64,000 nucleotides of DNA, from NCBI RefSeq assembly GCF_964355755.1, contig NC_092677.1:8578101-8642100 (forward strand), given 5' to 3'. Under the pieces are notes generated by a model. That model saw nothing but the letters and a program-made list of their open reading frames with translations, was not told the origin of the DNA and searched no databases. The stretch is from Antedon mediterranea. Its lineage: Eukaryota > Animalia > Echinodermata. The position numbers were made by a program, and so were the translations under genes. Below, piece by piece: positions 52,501-64,000 of the stretch; positions within the stretch are counted from its first letter, which is position 1, and each line of letters starts with the position of its first letter.

Positions 52501-55500
52501 TATTTCAATACATCATTACAATACATTGAGAATAAATAAATATTGAAAAATGTGTCTGAGTCTTTATTTCTATACATCATCACAATACATTGAGAATAAA
52601 TAAATATTTAAAAATGTGTCTGTGTCTTTATTTCAATACATCATTCACAATACATTGAAAATAAATAAATATTAAAAAATTTGTATGTGTCTTTATTTCA
52701 ATACATCATCACAATACATTGAGAATAAATTAATATTAGAAAATGTGTCTGTGTCTTTATTTCAATACATTGAGAATTAAAAAATGTGTCTGTGTCTTTA
52801 TTTAATTACATCATCACAATACATAGAGAATAAATGAATAAGAAAAATGTTTCTGTGTCTTTATTTCAAAATATCATTACAATACATTGAGAATAAATAA
52901 ATATTTAAAAATGTGTCTGTGTCTATTTTAATACATCATCACAATACATTGAAAATAAATAAATATTGAAAAATGTGTCTGAGTCTTTATTTCTATACAT
53001 CATCACAATACATTGAGAATAAATAAATATTTAAAAATGTGTCTGTGTCTTTATTTCAATACATCATTCACAATACATTGAAAATAAATAAATATTAAAA
53101 AATTTGTATGTGTCTTTATTTCAATACATCATCACAATACATTGAGAATAAATAAATATTAAAAAATGTGTCTGTGTCTTTATTTCAATACATTGAGAAT
53201 TAAAAAATGTGTCTGTGTCTTTATTTAATTACATCATCACAATACATAGAGAATAAATGAATAAGAAAAATGTTTCTGTGTCTTTATTTCAAAACATCAT
53301 TACAATACATTGAGAATAAATAAATATTTAAAAATGTGTCTGTGTCTATTTTAATACATCATCACAATACATTGAGAATAAATAAATAAGAAAAATGTGT
53401 TTGTGTCTTTATTTCAATACATCATCACAATACATTGAAAATAAATATTTAAAAATGTGTCTGTGTCTTTATTTCTATACATCATCACAATACATTGAAA
53501 ATAAATAAATATTGAAAAATGTGTATGTGTCTTTATTTCAATACATCATCACAATACATTGAGAATAAAAAATTAAAAAAAATGTGTCTCTGTCTTTATT
53601 TCAATTCATCATCACAATACATTGAGAATAAATAAATATTGAAAAATGTGTCTGTGTCTTTATTTCAATACATCATCACAATACATTGAGAATAAATAAA
53701 TATTGAAAAATGTGTCTGTCTTTATTTCAATACATCATTACAATACATTGAGAATAAATAAATATTGAAAAATGTGTCTGAGTCTTTATTTCTATACATC
53801 ATCACAATACATTGAGAATAAATAAATATTTAAAAATGTGTCTGTGTCTTTATTTCAATACATCATTCACAATACATTGAAAATAAATAAATATTAAAAA
53901 ATTTGTATGTGTCTTTATTTCAATACATCATCACAATACATTGAGAATAAATTAATATTAGAAAATGTGTCTGTGTCTTTATTTCAATACATTGAGAATT
54001 AAAAAATGTGTCTGTGTCTTTATTTAATTACATCATCACAATACATAGAGAATAAATGAATAAGAAAAATGTTTCTGTGTCTTTATTTCAAAATATCATT
54101 ACAATACATTGAGAATAAATAAATATTTAAAAATGTGTCTGTGTCTATTTTAATACATCATCACAATACATTGAAAATAAATAAATAAGAAAAATGTGTT
54201 TGTGTCTTTATTTCAATACATCATCACAATACATTGAGAATAAATAAATATTTAAAAATGTGTCTGTGTCTTTATTTCAATACATCATCACAATATATTG
54301 AGAATAAATAAATATTTAAAAATGTGTCTGTGTCTTTATTTCAATACATCATCATAATACATTGAGAATAAATAAATAAGAAAAATGTGTTTGTGTCTTT
54401 ATTTCAATACATCATCACAATACATTGAGAATAAAAAAATATTAAAAAATGTGCCTGTGTCTTTATTTCATTACATCATCACAATACATAGAGAATAAAT
54501 GAATAAGAAAAATGTTTCTGTGTCTTTATTTCATAACATCATCACAATACATTGAGAATAAATAAATATTTAAAAATGTGTCTGTGTCTATTTTAATACA
54601 TCATCACAATACATTGAGAATAAATAAATAAGAAAAATGTGTTTGTGTCTTTATTTCAATACATCATCACAATACATTGAAAATAAATATTTAAAAATGT
54701 GTCTGTGTCTTTATTTCTATACATCATCACAATACATTGAAAATAAATAAATATTGAAAAATGTTTATGTGTCTTTATTTCAATACATCATCACAATACA
54801 TTGAGAATAAAAAATTAAAAATAAATGTGTCTCTGTCTTTATTTCAATTCATCATCACAATACATTGAGAATAAATAAATATTGAAAAATGTGTCTGTGT
54901 CTTTATTTCAATACATCATCACAATACATTGAGAATAAATAAATATTGAAAAATATGTCTGTCTTTATTTCAATACATAATTACAATACATTGAGAATAA
55001 ATAAATATTGAAAAATGTGTCTGAGTCTTTATTTCTATACATCATCACAATACATTGAGAATAAATAAATATTTAAAAATGTGTCTGTGTCTTTATTTCA
55101 ATACATCATCACAATACATTGAGAATAAATAAATATTTAAAAATGTGTCTTTGTCTTTATTTCAATACATTACAATACATTGAGAATAATTAAATATTGA
55201 AAAATGTGTCGGTGTTTTTATTTCAATACATCATCACAATACAGTGAGAATAAATGAATAAGAAAAATGTGTCTGTGTCTTTATTTCAATACATCATTGA
55301 GAATAAATAAATATTGTAAAATGTGTCTGTGTGTTTCCCGAAACCTAGAAATACCGGAATGGTGTCCGGCGGGGGATAGTTTTACCATGTAGTTTAAGTT
55401 GTTAGCCGAAACAGTTCAATTCATTTCAAAGTAAATGTTTTTTATATATTTACAAATCATGATAAATTTACTTGCTCATTCACAAAACATTGAAAAAATA

Positions 55501-58500
55501 ATAAATATTGAAAATGTGTCTGTGTTTTATTTCAATACATCATTCACAATACATTGAAAATAAATAAATATTAAAAAATGTGTATGTGTCTTTATTTCAA
55601 TACATCATCACAATACATTGAGAATAAATTAATATTAAAAAATGTGTCTGTGTCTTTATTTCAATACATTGAGAATTAAAAAATGTGTCTGTGTCTTTAT
55701 TTCATTACATCATCACAATACATAGAGAATAAATGAATAAGAAAAATGTTTCTGTGTCTTTATTTCAAAACATCATCACAATACATTGAGAATAAATAAA
55801 TATTTAAAAATGTGTCTGTGTCTATTTTAATACATCATCACAATACATTGAGAATAAATAAATAAGAAAAATGTGTTTGTGTCTTTATTTCAATACATCA
55901 TCACAATACATTGAGAATAAATAAATATTTAAAAATGTGTCTGTGTCTTTATTTCAATACATCATCACAATATATTGAGAATAAATAAATATTTAAAAAT
56001 GTGTCTGTGTCTTTATTTCAATACATCATCACAATACATTGAGAATAAATAAATAAGAAAAATGTGTTTGTGTCTTTATTTCAATACATCATCACAATAC
56101 ATTGAGAATAAAAAATTAAGAAAAATGTGTCTGTGTCTTTATTTCAATACATCATCACAATACATTGAGAATAAAGAATTAAGAAAAATGTGTCTGTGTC
56201 TTTATTTCAATACATCATCACAATACATTGAGAATAAAAAATTAAGAAAAATGTGTTTGTGTCTTTATTTCAATACATCATCACAATACATTGAGAATAA
56301 AAAATTAAGAAAAATGTGTCTGTGTCTTTATTTCAATACATCATCACAATACATTGAGAATAAATAAATATTTAAAAATGTGTCTTTGTCTTAATTTCAA
56401 TACATTACAATGCATTGAGAATAATTAAATATTGAAAAATGTGTCTCTGTCTTAATTTCAATACATCATCACAATACATTGAGAATAAATAAATATTAAA
56501 AAATGTGTCTGTGTCTTTATTTCAATAAATCATCACAATACATTGAGAATAAATAAATAAGAAAAATGTGTTTGTTTCTTTATTTCAATACATCATCACA
56601 ATACATTGAGAATAAATAAATATTTAAAAATGTGTCTGTGTCTTTATTTCAATACATCATCACAATACATTGAGAATACATAAGTAATAAAAATGTGTCT
56701 GTGTCTTTATTTCATTACATCATCACAATACATAGAGAATAAATGAATAAGAAAAATGTGTTTGTGTCTTTATTTCAATACATCATTACAATACATTGAG
56801 AATAAATAAATATTGAAAAATGTGTCTGTGTCTTTATTTCAATACATCATCACAATACATAGAGAATAAATAAATATTTAAAAATGTGTCTGTCTTTATT
56901 TCAATATATCATCACAATACATTGAGATAGAATAAATATTAAAAAAAGGTGTATGTGTCTTTATATCAATACATCATCACAATACATTGAGAATAAATTA
57001 ATATTAAAAAATGTGTCTGTGTCTTTATTTCAATACATCATCACAATACAGTGAGAATAAATGAATAAGAAAAATGTGTCTGTGTGTTTATTTCAATACA
57101 TCATCATTGAGAATAAATAAATATTGTAAAATTTGTCTGTTTGTTTCCCGAAACCTAGAAATACCGGAATGGTGTCCGGCGGGGGATAGTTTTACCATGT
57201 AGTTTAAGTTGTTAGCCGAAACAGTTCAATTCATATCAAAGTAAATGTTTCTTTTATATTTACAAATCATGATAAATTTACTTGCTCATTCACAAATCAT
57301 TGAAAAAATAATAAATATTGAAAATGTGTCTGTGTTTTATTTCAATACATCATCACAATACATTGAAAATAAATAAATATTAAAAAATGTGTATGTGTCT
57401 TTATTTCAATATATCATCACAATACATAGAGAATAAATAAATATTTAAAAATGTTTCTGTGTCTATATTTTAATACATCATTACAATACATTGAGAATAA
57501 ATAAATATTGAAAAATGTGTCTGTGTCTTTATTTCAATACATCATCACAATACATTGAGAATAAATAATTAAGAAAAATGTGTTTGTGTCTTTATTTCAA
57601 TACATCATCACAATACATTGAGAATAAAAAAATATTTAAAAATGTGTATGTGTCTTTATTTCAATACATCATCACAATACATTGAGAAAAAAAAAATTAA
57701 GAAAATGTGTCTGTGTCTTTATTTCAATACATCATTACAATACATCGAAAATAAATAAATATTGAAAAATGTGTATGCGTCTTTATTTCAATACATCATC
57801 ACAATACATTGAGAATACAAAATTAAAAAAAATGTGTCTCTGTCTTTATTTCAATTCATCATCACAATACATTGAGAATAAATAAATATTGAAAAATGTG
57901 TCTTTGTCTTTATTTCAATACATCATCACAATACATTGAGAATAAATAAATATTGAAAAATGTGTCTGTCTTTATTTCAATACATCATTACAATACATTG
58001 AAAATAAATAAATATTGAAAAATGTGTCTGAGTCTTTATTTCAATACATCATCACAATACATTGAAAATAAATAAATATTTAAAAATGTGTCTGTGTCTT
58101 TATTTCAATACATCATCACAATACATTGAGAATAAATAAATATTTAAAAATGTGTCTTTGTCTTTATTTCAATACATTGAGAATAATGAAATATTGAAAA
58201 ATGTGTCGGTGTCTTTATTTCAATACATCATCACAATACATTGAAAATAAATAAATATTGAAAAATGTGTATGTGTCTTTATTTCAATACATCATCACAA
58301 TACATTGAGAATAACAAATTTAAAAAAAATGTGTCTCTGTCTTTATTTCAATTCATCATCACAATACATTGAGAATAAATAAATATTTAAAAAATGTGTC
58401 TTTGTCTTTATTTCAATACATTACAATGCATTGAGAATAATTAAATATTGAAAAATGTGTCTGTGTCTTAATTTCAATACATCATCACAATACAGTGAGA

Positions 58501-60832
58501 ATAAATGAATAAGAAAAATGTGTCTGTGTCTTTATTTCAATACATCATTGAGAATAAATAAATATTAAAAAATGTGTCTGTGTCTTTATTTCAATACATC
58601 ATTACAATACATTGAGAATAAATAAATAAGAAAAATGTGTCTGTGTCTTTATTTCAATACATCATCACAATACATTGAGAATAAAAAATTAAGAAAAATG
58701 TGTCTGTGTCTTTATTTCAATACATCATCACAATACATTGAGAATAAAAAATTAAGAAAAATGTGTCTGTGTCTTTATTTCAACAATACATCATCACAAT
58801 ACATTGAGAATAAAAAATTAAGAAAAATGTGTCTGTGTCTTTATTTCAATACATCATCACAATACATAGAGAATAAATAAATATTTAAAAATGTGTCTGT
58901 CTTTATTTCAATACATTACAATGCATTGAGAATAATTAAATATTGAAAAATGTGTCTGTGTCTTAATTTCAATACATCATCACAATACATTGAGAATAAA
59001 TAAATATTAAAAAATGTGTCTGTGTCTTTATTTCAATAAATCATCACAATACATTGAGAATAAATAAACAAGAAAAATGTGTTTGTTTCTTTATTTCAAT
59101 ACATCATCACAATACATTGAGAATAAAAAAATATTAAAAAATGTGTCTGTGTCTTTATTTCAATACATCATCACAATACATTGAGAATAAATATTAAAAA
59201 ATGTGTCTGTGTCTTTATTTCAATAAATCATCACAATACATTGAGAATAAATAAATATTAAAAAATGTGTCTGTGTCTTTATTTCAATAAATCATCACAA
59301 TACATTGAGAATAAATAAATAAGAAAAATGTGTTTGTTTCTTTATTTCAATACATCATCACAATACATTGAGAATAAATAAATATTTAAAAATGTGTCTG
59401 TGTCTTTATTTCAATACATCATCACAATACATTGAGAATACGTAAGTAATAAAAATGTGTCTGTGTCTTTATTTCAATACATCATCACAATACATTGAGA
59501 ATACATAAGTAATAAAAATTTGTCTGTGTCTTTATTTCATTACATCATCACAATACATAGAGAATAAATGAATAAGAAAAATGTGTTTGTGTCTTTATTT
59601 CAATACATCATTACAATACATTGAGAATAAATAAATATTGAAAAATGTGTCTGTGTCTTTATTTCAATACATCATCACAATACATTGAGAATAAAAAATT
59701 AAGAAAAATGTGTCTGTGTCTTTATTTCAATACATCATCACAATACATAGAGAATAAATAATATTTAAAAATGTGTCTGTCTTTATTTCAATATATCATC
59801 ACAATACATTGAGAATAAATAAATATTTAAAAAATATGTCTTTGTCTTTATTTCAATACATTACAATACATTGAGAATAATTAAATATTGAAAAACGTGT
59901 CTGTGTCTTTATTTCAATACATCATCACATTACAGTGAGAATAAATGATAAGAAAAATGTGTCTGTGTCTTTATTTCAATACATCATTACTTAATACATT
60001 AAAAATAAATAAATATTGAAAAATGTGTATGTGTCTTTATTTCAATACATCATCACAATACATTGAGAATAAATTAATATTAAAAAATGTGTCTGTGTCT
60101 TTATTTCAATACATCATCACAATACATTGAGAATAAAAAAATATTTAAAAATGCATCTGTGTCTTTATTTCAATACATCATCACAATACATAGAGAATAA
60201 ATAAATAAGAAAAATGTTTTTGTGTCTTTATTTCAATACATCATCACAATACATTGAGAATAAATAGATATTGAAAAATGTGTATGTGTCTTTATTTCAA
60301 TACATCATCACAATACATTGAGAATAAATAAATAAGAAAAATGTGCATGTGTCTTTATTTCAATACATCATCACAATACAGTGAAAATAAATGAATAAGA
60401 AAAATGTGTCTGTGTCTTTATTTCAATACATCATCATTGAGAATAAATAAATATTGTAAAATGTGTCTGTGTGTTTCCCGAAACCTTGAAATACCGGAAT
60501 GGTGTCCGGCGGGGGATAGTTTTACCATGTAGTTTAAGTTGTTAGCCGAAACAGTTCAATTCATTTCAAAGTAAATGTTTTTTATATATTTACAAATCAT
60601 GATAAATTTACTTGCTCATTCACAAAACATTGAAAAAATAATAAATATTGAAAATGTGTCTGTGTTTTATTTCAATACATCATTCGCAGTACATTGAAAA
60701 TAAATAAATATTAAAAAATGTGTATGTGTCTTTATTTCAATATATCATCACAATACATAGAGAATAAATAAATATTTAAAAATGTTTCTGTGTCTTTATT
60801 TCAATACATCATCACAATACATTGAGAATAAT
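25573..60832 (+). repeat. ~35-kb tandem array of a 63-bp AT-rich satellite with 18 interspersed ~140-bp cassettes
   Basis: Monomer ATGTGTCTGTGTCTTTATTTCAATACATCATCACAATACATTGAGAATAAATAAATATTTAAAA (roughly 500 copies, one orientation). Cassette GTTTCCCGAAACC(TA/TT)GAAATACCGGAATGGTGTCCGGCGGGGGATAG... starts at 26114, 26998, 27565, 28258, 28827, 29521, 32104, 33233, 34365, 35415, 37546 (internally deleted), 40654, 42464, 47319, 49129, 55333, 57143, 60473. Confidence 0.97.
31589..31817 (-). mobile_element. 5'-truncated non-LTR retrotransposon 3' end (CR1/L2-like) inserted in the satellite
   Basis: Unique 230 bp splitting a monomer; minus strand ends AATAAA...(TTGAA)n; stem-loop AAGGCAAATCCC...AAGATT-AC-AATCTT...GGGATTGCCTT; ATCA on both sides. 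Confidence 0.75.
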
Positions 60833-62133
60833 GTCCGGTTTTAAATACTGTTAAATTATAGGTTTAATAAAACTATATTTTTAATTTCTTGTATGTATGT
60901 TAAATTTAAATGTTAAATTATAGGTTTAATATTTTATTTTGGTGACTATAAATATAGTGAACTGTCTGTCAATACAATTTGAGGACAGTGATGATATGAT
61001 ATACTGTGCATAGGCCTTGTTAATATTTTACTACAATATAACTAAATAAGTTATTTCAATTTTCTAGGTAGTTAATTTAGATTACAATGTAAAAGTCAGT
61101 TGGGATGGGGAGGGAGTGAAATAGAAATATTTCTATTTAGGCATCATCTTCAATTTCAAACTTTTGTAACAAAAACCATTTGCTGATGCCTGTATCTTTA
61201 TTTTTTTTAATGTATATATGTATTAACGCACCCTCTGTGGGAAAGATACTTTTATCATTTCAGATTTGCATCGGTGTGTTCCGATCTAGATGCCTGTTTT
61301 GTTTTTTGGTTTTTTTCTGGACTAGATGTTGGAGTTTGAATGACAGCGTCCAAGTAAGTCTAACAAAACAAGGAACTGAAAATATATTTTGAAAATAACT
61401 ATATTATTCTCTTTTTTCTTTAAAGGTACTAATGCCATAACAGACTGTATAGATGAAGTATGTGTTTATTGGTATGTTTATTTATGGTAAGTATTAATTA
61501 AGGTACTGTAAGTTAGAAATGTACATTTTTCTACTATTTGTTTCTTCTCCTGTATATGTATTAGATCTTGATGATATAGGTGTTTGTGTCACTCATATCA
61601 AGATGGTAGGAGTTCTGAAGAATTGCGATGGTTGATGGGACAACAAATATGCTACACTGCAACTTGTCATTTAAAGTTGGGTACCAATCACAGGTAATGA
61701 TGTATACATTCATAACTACAGTATTTCTTTACCCAACAGATTTTTCGCTGTACCAATGCCATATTCAATTAGAAATGGGGATGTATTCAGAATAAGTGTG
61801 GTAGACATTGCAAGGTAAGTATAAAGTGCATTGATCAAGTATTTGTTTTCCTTGAGCTTTCTTTTTAGGTCTTGGTATAGGTTGCTTGTTTTGCTACTTG
61901 GATCAACAGTCCAATTAAGAGATTAACAGAATAATGGAGCTCATTGGAGATAATAAATAGATTATTTTTATTCAGGCAATAAATTGGAAATTCAGTGATA
62001 TTATATCATTGGAAAATTTATAAGCCTACTGGTTTATAAAATAATAATAAATTAATTGTTTCTCTTCTTTAAAAAAAAAAAATAATGATGATGTTTTCCT
62101 TTTGTTTAATAAATATATTTGATTTTCTAGGTA

Positions 62134-62210
62134 TTTTTAGTCACGTGCAAACGCGACTCTACAGCTCACTATGTCGGTTGGTTTGTCGGTCGGTAAACAC
62201 TAACTCAAAT
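62134..62210 (+). mobile_element. Helentron-associated element 5' end fragment
   Basis: TTTTTAGTCACGTGCAAACGCGACT foldback followed by a GTCGGTTGGTTTGTCGGTCGGT microsatellite. Confidence 0.55.
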
Positions 62211-62399
62211 TTAATTTTATATATTTTTTTTCTAAATATTTATTTTGTTATACAAATATTTTCAATGGTAAATATATCGAATGTTCTATGTATTTTTCTA
62301 ACAAATGATCTAATTTATTGACTTTTTGTTTATTAAATAATGATTGCTTTTCTAGGTTTTCTATCCAAAAAGATGTACTTTTTTATATACTTCTTATAG

Positions 62400-63110
62400 A
62401 TATACAAAGTTTCTCATTTGGCAGTCTATGACCATCTTCTTCCTCCATACTTCACTGTTAGTGCTTCTTTTATTCATAATATGTATTCTATTTTTAATAT
62501 TATATCCAACATTCCTCTCCTTGTTTTACCACATACCTCATACATACTATCATAATTTTGAATAGTCCTTCTCTAATTCTATGTCATCAATTGCTTTTGC
62601 TGCTCCACTATCTGTGTGGAGTATAATGAAACATTTTCTTTCCCTCTAATCCATGTTTCGCATCCATACAATGCAACATATTATACCACTGATAATAAAC
62701 CATATCTTTTCTTGTTTGCTTGCTTTGTCAGAAATAGAATTCCCTTTGCTGTTTTCTATCCACCGTATTATCTATCTATTTGTACCATGTTCTGTTAATT
62801 TTTCTCCTAAAGAGTAGATTGATGTAACTTGTTCATCAGTATGTTTCTATTTTATTATAAACACACACAGGACCATAAGGTTTCAACCTTACCACTTTTT
62901 GACACATCTTTGCCTATACCCTGTGTCCTTCACATGGGATTTGTTCCCTCTTTTTGTGATCACCTCACCACTTCCATTCTCATGTCTATGGCACTGTCAC
63001 ATGACATTAAATTTTCTATTATTGATCTTCATTCCATAATTTTTCCTGCTTCATTTATGTTATCCATTTAGTATTTGCAATTACCACCTTGTCATCAGCC
63101 AATCTTTTTT
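62400..63110 (-). mobile_element. Decayed RTE-clade LINE reverse transcriptase fragment
   Basis: Minus-strand pieces in the expected order: LADDKVV (YADD-like), EQVTSIYSLGEKLTEHG, ALYGCETWI, GKTRRGMLD, with stops and frameshifts. Confidence 0.7.
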
Positions 63111-63174
63111 GTTTGTATTAATTAGTGCACTCTGCTACTTTGACTCCTTTAGTACAAATTCTGGGCCCGATTCT

Positions 63175-64000
63175 GGGTAGTAACAAAGTGCGAGGCAGGG
63201 AAGGCATGCGAGGCAAGTCAGAAATTTATGCGAGGCATCGTTTTACCATCATCAAAAATGCGAGGCATCATTTTATCATTTCTCAAAATTGCAAGGCAGG
63301 AAATCACCGAAATTGAAGTAGCCTAGGCCTAGGCCCGCTAGGCTAGTTTCCTTTTGCACCTGCCTTGTATTTTAACCAACTTTATCCTGAATACCACAGC
63401 TTAGAATTAGTAGGCCTACTTTAATGAAGAAAAATCACATAAAAGTAACAATAAATCCATTAAATTGGTGATTTTACAGACGTTGTTTTTCTCGCATTTC
63501 GCACACTCAATGTTCAATATTTTGGTTTCTATGGAACGCCAAAAGAGCAAAATTAATTAGAGGGCTAAAAACTCTGTGGAATCCATTTATATTTAACGCA
63601 TTATTTGGTGAAAATCAAGTACAATTTCAATAGATTTTGTCACTGTCAGTAAGGAAAAATGTTACTGTTGATAATGTACACGGTTTCGTTAACCTTTTAA
63701 AGAATAAAATAGAAAAATTCATCATAATATCCTTAGTAGGATGTCCTAGGTCTAGACTAGGTAGTGATGTTGATTTAGGATCGATTATTATTCTTTGATA
63801 ACAGAACAGTATCAGCAGTAACATATTACAGCATTTTTATTGACAAATTAACAAATATATTGAAATAAAACGTGTTTTTCACCAATAAATGCATGAGAAA
63901 TTGACGCATTCCACAATTTCCACTGAGTTTTAGTCCTCTATTATCGTTGCTCTTTTGGCGCTCCATAGAAACAAAAATATTGAACATTGAATAAGTGAAA
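63175..64000. mobile_element. MULE/foldback-like element, right arm running off the window
   Basis: GGGTAGTAACAAAG start with TGCGAGGCA subrepeats; TCAATGTTCAATATTTTTGGTTTCTATGGAACGCCAAAAGAGCAA (~63508) is inverted at ~63947-63991. Confidence 0.6.

Noticed and set aside
41383-58880. Repeated ORFs (MCLCLYFNTSSQYIENKKLRK)n at 41383, 48048, 56062 and 58635
   Set aside because: By-product of a 63-bp monomer variant lacking the usual TAA; most monomers have stops and indels.
25573-60832. CRISPR-like repeat/spacer array
   Set aside because: Animal DNA, no unique spacers, no cas genes; variable parts are point variants of one sequence.
61566-61620. C/D box snoRNA (TGATGA...CTGA)
   Set aside because: Only ~50 nt between the boxes, no recognisable rRNA guide, and no established host intron.

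Overview
AT-rich, intron-containing animal genomic DNA. An invertebrate deuterostome, possibly an echinoderm, is inferred from the TAGGCCTA-rich tracts and repeat types; this is not proven. 1-2.4 kb: last five coding exons of a PKNOX/Prep TALE homeobox gene (+). 7.7-15.5 kb: a complete 14-exon nicastrin gene (-), about 688 aa by my hand splice, convergent with PKNOX. 15.9-25.5 kb: a possible divergent first exon, then dense transposon sequence, including a non-autonomous Helentron/Helitron, a Penelope-type minimal hammerhead ribozyme, a Kolobok>MULE>MULE nest with intact target-site duplications, and a P-element-like footprint. 25.6-60.8 kb: a ~35 kb single-orientation array of a 63-bp satellite, punctuated by 18 copies of a ~140-bp hairpin-bearing cassette and organised into higher-order blocks of 0.8, 1.26 and 6.7-8 kb. 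The array has one LINE 3' insertion, and its two edges resemble each other. 61-64 kb: exon-like blocks, a Helentron 5' end, a decayed RTE LINE and the start of a foldback/MULE element. All coordinates were read by eye; no searches were run.
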